Of a DNA stretch of 64,000 bases, positions 47,060 to 56,884 are shown piece after piece. The notes beneath the pieces were generated by a model that worked only from the letters and a program-made list of their open reading frames with translations, did no database searches and was not told the origin of the DNA. Source of the DNA: an uncultured bacterium (GTDB lineage: Bacteria; Zhuqueibacterota; QNDG01; DTFT01). The position numbers were made by a program, and so were the translations under genes. The stretch lies in the NCBI GenBank assembly GCA_963736115.1, contig CAVTNR010000012.1, positions 192,001-256,000 of the forward strand. Reading direction: 5' to 3'. How positions within the stretch are numbered: position 1 is the first letter of the stretch; each line of letters starts with the position of its first letter.

Positions 47060-50017
47060 TCATTTTTGGATTTTTGGGCTTTCCGGCGGTCCGAGATAGC
47101 TCGGCTTCAGCCCGCCCGCGTCCACGACCAGCTTCTGCAGGACCAGGCCCGGATCGACCATCCAGAACTTCAGTACATGTTCACCCGGTTTTAAGCCCCC
47201 GTGTTTCGTCCGGAATATCCGGATGTTCTCACCCACCGCCTGATTCCACCACTGCGGGTATTTCCAGTCCGGAATGGTGTCATTTTCATGGACATTCACG
47301 ATCCGGATAGGCCCGTCGTCAAAGGAAATGCCGTACCGGAATCCCGGACCGGCCGTGAAATTCTGGGTCGGCGCAAAATACGCGTGTACCGTCACGTCGC
47401 CTTCATGGAACAGGTTCGTCTTGTATTCGATACGCGGCGAATCCCCTCCCGGAACGCGCGGTTCCGCTGTAACCGGCAGAGGCGTGACTCCGGACAAGGT
47501 TCTGCCGAATCCCGGAATCCGGTTCCACCGGATGGAATCCGGCTCGGTCACGGCGGACCAGTTCTCCGCCTCGATCGAGACGAAGCCTTCGCTCTCGACG
47601 AATGCGTCGCCGCTGCACTCCCGGAGCGCGGGGGGATTGAACACTTCCGCGTACACGATGACCCGCGTGTTCTCCGGACCCTCCAGGGTAAGGGGCACGC
47701 GATGCCTGCCCTCCGGCACACTGCGCCAGTTCACGCTCACGGTCAGTCTCTGCTCTTTCGCGATCGTTCCGCGTTCAGGTTGAACCGACAGCCAGGGCGC
47801 GCCGGACCGGATCTTGAATTTGACGCTTTTCTGCCCGCTGTTGAACACATCGATGAAGCGCGTCTGTTTTGCGAAAACGTTCATTTCCGGAAGAACCGCA
47901 TCACCCTTCTCTTCCGGCCACCACAGTTCGGACCCCTCGACAGCCACGCCCATCCCCCCCTTTTTCAGAATCCGGATTTCATCCACCTTCGGCATCACGT
48001 CCTTTTCCGGCTGCTGCCAATAGGTGTACCCGATGTGGGTCTGGTCCATCATGTGGTTCCACTTGCCGCCGGCCAGCACCTGGCTGTAAAAGCGTGTGAT
48101 TTCCGCGTCCCGGGCGAACAGATCCCGCGCTTTCTGCGCCAGGTCATTGGTCGAAACCCTTCCCTGCTTCGCGTACAACCGGTTTCTCGCAACCGTGACG
48201 TACAGGTCGTTGAGGTTCGCGCAGGCCTCGATGGGGTGCAAAACGAGCTGGTAGAACGCATCGTGATATTCCGGGGACAAAATCTTCTGAATGTCCCTGG
48301 CTCTCGCTTCCAGGGAGCGCCAATCCTCGACGATGCGATCGGCCTCCCGGTAATTCGTCAGTGAAAAAGTCTCCGGCCCCAGCATCTCGGGTTTACGCCT
48401 GGAGTTGTACCGTAAGTAATCGGTCAACAGATTGGCGATTTCGGTGTCGTGTTCATATCCGAACTGCTGTCCGGACCAATCCTCTGCATAGTCCATCAGG
48501 CGATCAGCCGACCATGGAGCCGGATCCCAAGCGTAATCCAGGAAGAACGAGATCGGGTATTCCATGGGCTTGATGTCGCCCACGTTCACGATCCAGATCC
48601 GGTCCACGCCGTATTCCAGGCAGAGGTGCATCTGCTCCCAGATCCTGGCGATGGGGTTTGTATTGAGCCACTTGTAATTCCGCGGCCCGCCCACAAAGTC
48701 GAAGTGGTAGTACATGCCATACCCGCCGGACCGTGGCGGATCCTTCGGATCGGGCAGGCGGCGCACGTTCCCCCAGTTGTCGTCGCAGAGAAGCAATGTC
48801 ACGTCGTCCGGCACGCGCATGCCCTTGTCATAGTATTCCTGTACTTCCTTGTACAGGGCCCAGTCCTGCGGCGTCTCGGACGGATCCTTCCCCGTCACCG
48901 CCCGGATTATTTGCCTCTGGTCCCGGACGATGCGCTCCAGAAGGGCGATGTTCGCGCCCTCGGTCATGGGCATGTCCCCATCGCCCCGCATGCCCACGGT
49001 CACGATGCTCTCATGACCGTCCATGTTGCGTATCCCCTGTTTCCAGAATTCCTTCAGTCCCTCCTCATTGTGGTCGTAATTCCACTGGCCCTTTCCAAAC
49101 TGCTTCCACTCCTGCTGGGCCCTCTGCATGGGCTCGTGGTGCGACGTGCCCATCACGATTCCGTATTCGTCCGCGAGAATGGGATTCAGCGGATCGTCGG
49201 TATTGAACGCATTCCCCCACATGGCAGGCCACAGGTAATTGCCCTTCAGTCTGAGGATGAGCTCGAACACCTTCTCGTAGAACAGGTGATTGAAGCCCCC
49301 GAATTTCTCGCGTGTCCAGCCGGATAGGCAGGGCGCCTCGTCATTGATAAAAATGCCGCGATATTTCACCGCCGGTCCGTCATCAACCCGCCAGCCGGGC
49401 GTGACAGCCAGCGATTTGCACTTGACGACCGGAACATCAGCCCACCAGGTCCAGGGAGACACGCCGATGTCTCCGGACAATTCATACAAACCGTAAATGG
49501 TTCCCCGCTTGTCGCTTCCCGCGATCACCAGCGCCCGGCGCACACTCGGAAAAGGCTTTTCAACGACCTGGAACAGTGTGGCTTCCCATCGACCGGAAAT
49601 CCGTGACGCCTCGATTCTGCCTTCCCGCGCAAGCCTATCGATTAAAACGCTTTTCCCGAGTGTGCCGGCGATGACCACTTCCCCGGAATCGGGAAGCCTG
49701 CTGAACAGGATTTCAGGTTCCGTGCCCGTCACGCGCCCGACGTCCGTTCCGAAGTTTTTCAACGCGCGGATCACGCCCGGAAAATCCGCGGAGTCCGCGG
49801 CCAGCGGAGTCGACCGGCCCCGGTCGTGCAGGAGGACAGATCCTTCCTGCAAGTCCTGCCAACTGGAGATTACGACGGCATGATCGCTGGGCGGCGTAGC
49901 GAACGCCGGTACCATGCTGAACAGGATCGGAAGGATCAGGACGGATTTCATGAACACGAATCGGCGGCTGCGCGATCCGCTCAGGCGGGCGAAAAGCTGA
50001 TGTTTTGCGGTATTCAT
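47060..50017 (-). CDS. Glycoside hydrolase family 115 (xylan alpha-1,2-glucuronidase-like)
   Basis: GSDKRGTIYG.Y, KYRGIFINDE, NYLWPAMW, GTSHHEPM.R, GMRGDGD, DDNWGN, YYHFD.VG.PR. Confidence 0.94.
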   Translation of the reverse strand: MNTAKHQLFARLSGSRSRRFVFMKSVLILPILFSMVPAFATPPSDHAVVISSWQDLQEGSVLLHDRGRSTPLAADSADFPGVIRALKNFGTDVGRVTGTEPEILFSRLPDSGEVVIAGTLGKSVLIDRLAREGRIEASRISGRWEATLFQVVEKPFPSVRRALVIAGSDKRGTIYGLYELSGDIGVSPWTWWADVPVVKCKSLAVTPGWRVDDGPAVKYRGIFINDEAPCLSGWTREKFGGFNHLFYEKVFELILRLKGNYLWPAMWGNAFNTDDPLNPILADEYGIVMGTSHHEPMQRAQQEWKQFGKGQWNYDHNEEGLKEFWKQGIRNMDGHESIVTVGMRGDGDMPMTEGANIALLERIVRDQRQIIRAVTGKDPSETPQDWALYKEVQEYYDKGMRVPDDVTLLLCDDNWGNVRRLPDPKDPPRSGGYGMYYHFDFVGGPRNYKWLNTNPIARIWEQMHLCLEYGVDRIWIVNVGDIKPMEYPISFFLDYAWDPAPWSADRLMDYAEDWSGQQFGYEHDTEIANLLTDYLRYNSRRKPEMLGPETFSLTNYREADRIVEDWRSLEARARDIQKILSPEYHDAFYQLVLHPIEACANLNDLYVTVARNRLYAKQGRVSTNDLAQKARDLFARDAEITRFYSQVLAGGKWNHMMDQTHIGYTYWQQPEKDVMPKVDEIRILKKGGMGVAVEGSELWWPEEKGDAVLPEMNVFAKQTRFIDVFNSGQKSVKFKIRSGAPWLSVQPERGTIAKEQRLTVSVNWRSVPEGRHRVPLTLEGPENTRVIVYAEVFNPPALRECSGDAFVESEGFVSIEAENWSAVTEPDSIRWNRIPGFGRTLSGVTPLPVTAEPRVPGGDSPRIEYKTNLFHEGDVTVHAYFAPTQNFTAGPGFRYGISFDDGPIRIVNVHENDTIPDWKYPQWWNQAVGENIRIFRTKHGGLKPGEHVLKFWMVDPGLVLQKLVVDAGGLKPSYLGPPESPKIQK

Positions 50018-50064
50018 GTGAATCCCTTTCTTCTGGATGGCATCGCCGGACCGCCCGGCCCGTC

Positions 50065-51330
50065 TTATTGACCCGTAGCCGCCGAACCCTCGGGCAAGTA
50101 AATCCTGAAATTCCCGCTCACGTGCAGAAAGGCCATCAAGTGCAGAAGCCCGTCGTAATAACGGTACTTCCCGTCAGGGACTTTCTGATCCCACAGGGCC
50201 TTCACGAAATCGGCGCGTCCGGGATCGGTCGCGGCCAGGCTCGCGACCGCGTTCGCCGCGACCAGGGCGCCGCTGTTCTCCGCGGAAAGCGGTTTCCCGT
50301 CCAGCGTGTACTGGTTGACATAGCGGTCCATTCCCTTCAACCGGAAAAAGCCCTGGAGCCGGTTGCAGGCCTCGACCTGCCAGGGGTCCTTTGAAAACCA
50401 GGCGTGATCCATGGCGATGTTCATGATCGTGCGAAACGCGTCGAACCGGAAATCCCGGTGCCCTCCGTTCCACAGGTCCGCGGGCGTTCCGTCGAAATGC
50501 GCGTAATCGGGGCTCAGGCCCGTGACCGGGTGGAGCGTTTTCCGGAAAAAGGAACGGCTGGTATCGGCGGCCGCTTTCCAGAATTCATTTTCCTTGTCGG
50601 CCCGGAGCGCCCAGATCTCGTAGAAGGACGGGAGGTGATAGGAGGGATCTGTGATGTCGTCCGCGAATCCCGTGGGCACGAACACCACCTGCTTGTGTTC
50701 GCGGTTGAACATGTTGGTGATGACCGAGTCCTCGTCCGCGGAATCGGCCTTGGACAGCATGGCGTCCAGAATGGCCTGTGCCTCGGCCCTGTAATTGAAG
50801 ATGCCCGCACCGTCGCCCCAGCGGGCGGACGCGAAAAACAGGGCGGTGACGATGTATTCCTCGCCGTCGGACGCGGAATTGGGATCCATCATGGCGCCGT
50901 CCGTCCTGAGCTGCCAGGAGAAGAATCCCTGCCGCGGCCCGGACCGGTGCTGCATATACATACTGGCCCATTTCCAGAGCCTGTCGAATTCCTCTTTTTT
51001 GTCCATCTGCACCGCGATCATCATGCCGTACGACTGACCCTCGCTCCTCACATCCCCGTGAAGGACGTCCAGGATGTAGGCCATGTCCGGACCGACCGGA
51101 TAATAGACAGATTGGCTATCCGCGTCCCCGTGGAAAAGCTGATTCCAGACCGAATCCAATTTCACCTGAACAGCGCCCTGTGGAATCCCGAGCAATTCGG
51201 TGAAGAGATTGGAGTACCGGCCGGTGCGGAAGGCGCCTGCGTCCGTCCTGTCCGAAACGCATGCCAGGAACCCGGCAAGCAGAACAGCCGGTAAAATGAG
51301 AATGAAATGTTTGCAGAATCCGGGATGCAA
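50065..51330 (-). CDS. Glycoside hydrolase family 8 (Rex-like exo-oligoxylanase/xylanase), probable lipoprotein
   Basis: DVRSEGQSYGMMIAVQ, ASDGEEY, TDPSYHLP.FY, RYYDGLL; TTG start 51330 after AGGAG; FLAC lipobox-like. Confidence 0.9.
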   Translation of the reverse strand: MHPGFCKHFILILPAVLLAGFLACVSDRTDAGAFRTGRYSNLFTELLGIPQGAVQVKLDSVWNQLFHGDADSQSVYYPVGPDMAYILDVLHGDVRSEGQSYGMMIAVQMDKKEEFDRLWKWASMYMQHRSGPRQGFFSWQLRTDGAMMDPNSASDGEEYIVTALFFASARWGDGAGIFNYRAEAQAILDAMLSKADSADEDSVITNMFNREHKQVVFVPTGFADDITDPSYHLPSFYEIWALRADKENEFWKAAADTSRSFFRKTLHPVTGLSPDYAHFDGTPADLWNGGHRDFRFDAFRTIMNIAMDHAWFSKDPWQVEACNRLQGFFRLKGMDRYVNQYTLDGKPLSAENSGALVAANAVASLAATDPGRADFVKALWDQKVPDGKYRYYDGLLHLMAFLHVSGNFRIYLPEGSAATGQ

Positions 51331-51522
51331 GGGAGGACTCCTGTCAGGGATGGTTTCACGGATGGTCAGGCCTGCGGATTTCTTCTTGAAATATATGGAT
51401 TTTAACAGGCCTGAAGCAATCAAAAGCGGACCTCCGGAGGGGGGCCTTCGGCCTTCGGGAGGTCCGCACTGTTTCCATCGTCCGCTGTTCGGCGCAACGG
51501 CTCCGAGCGGCCGGCGTCCGCC

Positions 51523-53765
51523 TCACAGCTGAGCGGCGTACCCGATCTTCGCGAATACGGTGCGGTCGGTCTGCAGCAGGGGAATCTCGCTGTCGCCGTA
51601 GGAATTGTCCGAATACCCGAGAAAGAAAACGGTCTGCGGATTGATTTTATAGGACAGCAGAACCTGGGTGAAGAGACCTTCGGTTTTCGATACCGTTTCC
51701 GGGTCGGTATAGAGCAGGGCGTTTTTCTGATATTGCCGGTACTGGACACGGACCTGAGGAACAGGCGTTTGCTGAACTGGTACATGATCCGGAGTCTCTC
51801 GATGTGGGCCGTGTAGAGCCGCCCCCCGTCCACGTCGAGCCGATCCCGATTGTGTTCGATTTCGGTCTGCAGGTGGCGGCCGAGCCGCAATTCCATCCAC
51901 AACCCCAGATTCCCGTTCCGGCCGGGCCGGCAGTTCTCGTAATCGATGAGGTCTCCGAACCTGCCGGAGACCTGAAATGCCGCGAATCCGGAAGGCCGCA
52001 GGAACGCCCACCCATTCACCCAGTTGGCGCGGAAAGACCGGCCCAGGTACCTGTTGCGGCCGATCTCGCCGTACACGCCGGCGCTCGATTGCAGGGGCCC
52101 CTGATAATTGACCCGGCTGGTCACGGCCCGGTGCAGAGCGGTTCCGTTCCAATCGTATTTCTGGTCAACACTGCCGTACAGACTCAGCCAGTTGTACCAG
52201 CTCCCCGGATCGCGTCTCGAGATGAGGGAGCCGCCCGTTTCCGAATACGTGAAACCGGCCTGGGTGATAAAACCAAGATCGGCCCGGAAACCCGGTTCCA
52301 CGCGCCTGAAAAACTGGTACGCCTCCCATGTCCGCGTGCTGTGGCCGTAGTACAGGTGAACGGCGGACGCCCGGAAAGCGTCCCTGCGCTGGCCGTACTC
52401 CGAGGCAATCGTATCCGGATAATCTGTGGACGACCCCGTCACCTGGAACGTCAACTGATCCTTTTGAGTGAACTTCACGTTGCCGTCCACACCCGCGACG
52501 CTGTTTCCGTATCCTCCGCTCCGTCTTTCGGTCATCACCAGGCCGATGTTCGAATTTTTCCCGACATCGGTCCGGTACCGAAGCACCGTTCCCTGGCTCC
52601 CCTCCTTCCGGGTCCCGGAATCGGAACCTTCCGCGCCGGGAAACAGGAAGTTGGTCAGATTGTCCCGGACCGTATAGAAACCGACGGCGTGGCGGCCTTC
52701 CTTTCCCGTGACCTTGACACCCCAATCCGGATCGGCGAGCGTCCGCGTGTATACCAGGCTGAAAGGCGTCTGAAAGAAGTCCGCCCCCTCGAGGAAAAAG
52801 GGTCTTTTTTCGGAATAGTACAGGGCGAACTGCGTGTTGATGTCGAGTTGGAGCGCGTCCGCCTCCACGTTGGAAAAATCCGGATTCGCTGTGACGCCGG
52901 CCGTCAGATTCGGAGTGAACCCCCACTTTGCGGTGAACCCGGGATCCATGCGCTTTTCTTTCTCAATGAACGGACCCGACGTTCCATCCTTCCTTTCCTG
53001 CGTCAGAACGGCCGAGACCGTGGGCGCGAGTTCGATGTTCCGGCCCGGCGTGGCGCCCGCGAATCCGATCAGCTTGAGAGACTGGCACATGTAGCAGTTG
53101 TTGTTCCGGTCGCGTGGGAAGGCGCCGATGTGGTGCCGGACGCTGCGCGGCAGGCTCCGGACCACGTCGAATCCCCAGATCTGATCCTCGTCGGCGCGCT
53201 GGAATCCCAGGGCCCGGAAGGGGATGGCCATTTCCACCACGTATCCGTCCTGCGTCACGCGCCCCGACGATTCCCAGATGGCGTCCCAGTCGTCGCCGCC
53301 GCCCGTCGTGCTTTCGATCATGTCGCCCTGGATCCCCAGGGGATTGCAGGTGAAATCGTACGTCCGGCGCTGGTCATTGAAGGTGTCGAAAAGAATCAGG
53401 ATCCAGTCGTCGTTCCAGATGGCGTCGCGGTCGCACAGGCGGGCACGGATCGCCGAGGGATCGGGATCGAAGCATTTGAATCCGGCGTAAATGGCCGTTT
53501 CGTCATAAACCAGATAAGCTTCGGTTTTGACCGGGGCCGGTATGTTCTCACCGGGTCGGACCTCGATGTCGGCCGGCACCACCAGGGCTTCCGCCCAGAA
53601 AGGCTCGTCCATCACGCCGTCGGCCTTCAGGGCAGCCTCATGAACGCGGGGAATACGCAACGGAGTCTTGGCTTGAACGCTGTCCGAAACGGACTGCGTA
53701 CCCGCAGCGGCCGGAACGAACCGGGCAAGAAACAGGACCACAAAGAATCGTGTCGATCGGGACAT
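51523..53765 (-). pseudogene. CBM9-like + DUF5916 outer-membrane protein with 1-nt frameshift near 51746
   Basis: DG.MDE..W, NPDFSNVEAD, EKRPFFLEG; after LFLRSV the plausible C-terminus (QYRQY...LSYKINPQTVFFLGYSD...FAKIGYA) continues in ORF 51523-52152. Confidence 0.75.
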
Positions 53766-53849
53766 GGGATCCTTTCATGGATGGCGTCAGTGGCGGGGGT
53801 TTCTATTGTAAACGGATACGAAAACGGAAGGTTACGTATTTTATAATGT

Positions 53850-53921
53850 CGGACCTCCCGAAGGTCCCGTTTTCGGGAGGTCCGCTTCAAGGCTCCGGGA
53901 GGTTCGGAACCTCCCGGAGCC
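53850..53921. repeat. Tandem ACCTCCCG(G/A)AGGT-type palindromes
   Basis: cggacctcccgaa...ttcgggaggtccg then ggctccgggaggttcggaacctcccggagcc; related units at 46993 and 51426-51467. Confidence 0.7.
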
Positions 53922-53932
53922 TGATACGGACA

Positions 53933-54736
53933 TTATTCCGGCATCGCCGCGAGCTTTCCGTTCAGGTAAACCGCGCGGCAAAGATCTTTCGGCAGCATGC
54001 CCGACAGCTTTACGAGCGCCTCTTTGGACCCGTCGTGATGCACCGGCACGATCAGTATCGCTTTGGAAAGCGCGGCCAGCTTGACCGCTCCTTCCGAGTT
54101 TCCGCCGCATCCCCAAAGCAGAGGGAATATCACGTCCGCTTTCAGTTTCGCCGCATCTTCGGTCGGCCCCGTGTCACCGGTGACGTAATACCGGCCGCCG
54201 TTGATCCGCAGGACGTATCCGGCCCAGCCGGACGCTTTCGGGTGATGATCCCCATCCGTGAAATAGGCGGGAACCGTTTCGAATTCGACACCCGCCAGTT
54301 TTGCGGTCTTGTTCAACGCCACTTCCCGCATGGAATCGAAACCCTTCTCCTTCGCGGCCCGGACCGCGTCCGCGGGTCCCGCGACGATCACTTTGGGATT
54401 CAGCTTCACGTACGCTCGGAGAACGTCCGGGTTCAGGTGGTCGCCGTGCGGGTGGGTGATCAGAATGAGATCCGGCTTCATGGCGCCGAGAGAGGCGACG
54501 AGCGAATCCTCGGGACCGGACATCGGGTCCACGAATATCGTCTTCTTGTCCTTTGTCTGAAACCGGATGTCATTGTCCGTGAGATGAACGATTCCCTTGA
54601 GCAGTTTCCCGGCCTTCGGGCATGCCTTTGCTTTCTCACAGGCCTTGTCGCCGCCGCAGGATTCGCCCGCGGCCGCCCACCCGGTCCATACGAGAATCAG
54701 ACCGGTCAACAGCATGGAAATGAGTCGAGTGCGCAT
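53933..54736 (-). CDS. Secreted MBL-fold metallo-hydrolase
   Basis: Signal peptide; ITHPHGDH, AYF...HHP, YVTGDT, PVH. Confidence 0.88.
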   Translation of the reverse strand: MRTRLISMLLTGLILVWTGWAAAGESCGGDKACEKAKACPKAGKLLKGIVHLTDNDIRFQTKDKKTIFVDPMSGPEDSLVASLGAMKPDLILITHPHGDHLNPDVLRAYVKLNPKVIVAGPADAVRAAKEKGFDSMREVALNKTAKLAGVEFETVPAYFTDGDHHPKASGWAGYVLRINGGRYYVTGDTGPTEDAAKLKADVIFPLLWGCGGNSEGAVKLAALSKAILIVPVHHDGSKEALVKLSGMLPKDLCRAVYLNGKLAAMPE

Positions 54737-54952
54737 GTTTTTTCTCCTTTTCTTTTCGCTGAAATGGACCAATTGAACGCACAACCGGTTCCGGTTTACG
54801 AAAGCCGCGGCCGCAGACCTTCGATCCGGATACCCGGACCTGATAAATTTTCAATCATGGCCGTCGGGCGATGGGTTCGATACCACCGCGGTCAGTCTGA
54901 AAACCGCCCTGTTCGGCCGCCCGTCCGCGGGAGGTCGGCCGGGACCTCGGAG

Positions 54953-56491
54953 TTATTGGTTGCCCTTCTCCGGACAGCTGACAGCCGACTCGGGGACCGC
55001 CTGTCTCGGCAGTCCGTCCGCCTCATATTCCACTTTCAGGCCGAATCCGCCGTCCTTCTGAAAATAGGAAATCGTGAACCGGTGCAATCCCTTCTCCAGA
55101 TACGCTTTGCCGGATTGACCGACCATGTCATGCAGGCCGTCGTTCGATACGACGGTCTGACCGCCGATGTCGAGCCGGCTGCCGTCGTCCGACGTCAGAT
55201 GGAAGCGGTATACGCCTGTTTTGGGAACTTCCAGATATCCGGTGTACGTCATGGCGAAATGGATATCCCTCCTCCGCTCCTTCATTTCAGCGTCGCGGGT
55301 GATTCCGGTTTTAACCGGAATCCAGGCGGACGCGTCCGGCAGCAGGTCCCAGTTTCCCTCGCCGTAAGCGTACCGCAGGCCGGGCGTCAATTTGGGCGTT
55401 TTCGTTTCAGCCTTCAGCCTGGGAAGGACGCGGAGGGTCAGGGAATCCGCGGTTCCCGGAATTCCATAGCCGAACACCGGCACGGCCTTGATCTTCAACG
55501 GCTGTGTCACGATCAGGGGTTTCTCATAGAGAGCCGATTTTTCGGAAGGATCCGATCCGTCCAGCGTATACCGGATGTCGCGTCCCTCGCCCGACAATTT
55601 CACGGTCACCGTGTCCCCGTCCTTCAGGAGATCGCCTTCGGTCTCGAATCGCGCCGGTGCGGAACGCCAGTCCGAAAAGGTGAATTTAAGCCCGTCGTAT
55701 GTGCTTTTATAGGAGATGGTGCCGTGAATCTCGTTCAGGTACTCGTCGAACCGCCAGGCCAGACCCTTCGGCGCGTGCTGTTTCAGAATCTCCGCGAGCG
55801 CGTTCACGCCCATACCCGGTCCCTCGTTTGCCACGGTCACGTACAGAACCTTGCGGAGCTCGGCCTTCGCTTTCAGAAAGGCTTCCGTTCTTTTCAGCAT
55901 GAGCCCGTTGTGCCACCACATGCTGGGGCTCAGCGTCAGGAAGGCGTCGAAGAGCTCCGGTTCGCTCAGAAACGCGTGCATGACGAAAACGCCCCCGTAC
56001 GAAGTCCCGGCCAGCACGCGCCGGGGAAGTGTTCTGTACCGGCCATCCACGAAGGGGATGAGTTCGTCCCGGATGAATGCCAGAAGCGAATCCGCGCCCC
56101 CTCCGGTCCTGGTGTTCGGATCCCTTTCGGGCAGAAGGTAAAAGTCACGGCGCTCGCCCGTGTGAACGGCCACGACGATCATCGGAGGAATCACGCCGTT
56201 GCCCGAAAGCGCCCCCGCGGCCAATCCACTCTGGTTGAAATTCCACTGGCCGTCGACAGCGACGAAAACCGGGTACCGCCGGTTGGATTCCGTCTCGTAA
56301 CCGGCGGGCAGGGAGATATAGACCGTACGGTCATTGCCGCAGGCCTTCGAGCGGAGGGTGTACTGCTGACCGATGATCACGGGACTGGACTTCAGCGTGT
56401 CCGCGGGCGCCTGGCCGGCACGGGCCGATGTGCCGGCTGAAAGACAGGCAGCCATGACCCAGACGGGGATGGTTCGAATCCGGTTTTTCAT
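54953..56491 (-). CDS. Secreted alpha/beta-hydrolase esterase with Fn3-associated and PA14 domains
   Basis: VYISLP.GY, GTSYGG nucleophile elbow, IRYTLDGSDP, SDDGSRL..., NDGLH. Confidence 0.88.
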   Translation of the reverse strand: MKNRIRTIPVWVMAACLSAGTSARAGQAPADTLKSSPVIIGQQYTLRSKACGNDRTVYISLPAGYETESNRRYPVFVAVDGQWNFNQSGLAAGALSGNGVIPPMIVVAVHTGERRDFYLLPERDPNTRTGGGADSLLAFIRDELIPFVDGRYRTLPRRVLAGTSYGGVFVMHAFLSEPELFDAFLTLSPSMWWHNGLMLKRTEAFLKAKAELRKVLYVTVANEGPGMGVNALAEILKQHAPKGLAWRFDEYLNEIHGTISYKSTYDGLKFTFSDWRSAPARFETEGDLLKDGDTVTVKLSGEGRDIRYTLDGSDPSEKSALYEKPLIVTQPLKIKAVPVFGYGIPGTADSLTLRVLPRLKAETKTPKLTPGLRYAYGEGNWDLLPDASAWIPVKTGITRDAEMKERRRDIHFAMTYTGYLEVPKTGVYRFHLTSDDGSRLDIGGQTVVSNDGLHDMVGQSGKAYLEKGLHRFTISYFQKDGGFGLKVEYEADGLPRQAVPESAVSCPEKGNQ

Positions 56492-56811
56492 CTTTTCTCC
56501 TTTTATCCGCGTTCAGATGGAGGGACCCGGGTCTGGAACAGCCTCGGTCTCGTAGAGTCCGGTCATTGTCCAGAGCGTCCCACATAGTGGATTACGAGCC
56601 CGCAGGTTGGAAGGTTTCGACATGAATTCGGACTCGCCATCCAGAGACGGAACAGGAGGATCCGCCTGGAAACCTCATATTTCATCCATGGGACTATCCG
56701 TTCACGGGTTGAGTCGGCTGAAATGCCTTCTTCCTGATCTTCCTGATAATTCCAGCGTTCACCAGGCAAACGTCTTTATCAAAGCCACGAAGAAATGATC
56801 CCATTACGAAG

Positions 56812-56824
56812 ACTACAATGTAGT
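56812..56824. promoter_or_regulatory. Putative BlaI-type operator (copy 2)
   Basis: ACTAC-AAT-GTAGT, matches copy at 58776-58788. Confidence 0.6.
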
Positions 56825-56884
56825 TTCCCTCGATAAAAAAATCCCCTCGCAGGATGCGGAAGCCGCCTGATCCGGCGCCTGGGA

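Noticed and set aside
54857-54894. tRNA-like GGGTTCGATACC with flanking TGGCCG/CGGTCA stem
   Set aside because: No D or anticodon arm and the T-stem does not pair properly
53750-56440. 896-aa plus-strand ORF and similar long ORFs (10615-12834, 23566-25866, 38191-40107, 51804-53846, 16432-18042)
   Set aside because: Antisense shadows of well-supported genes in GC-rich DNA; no recognisable motifs
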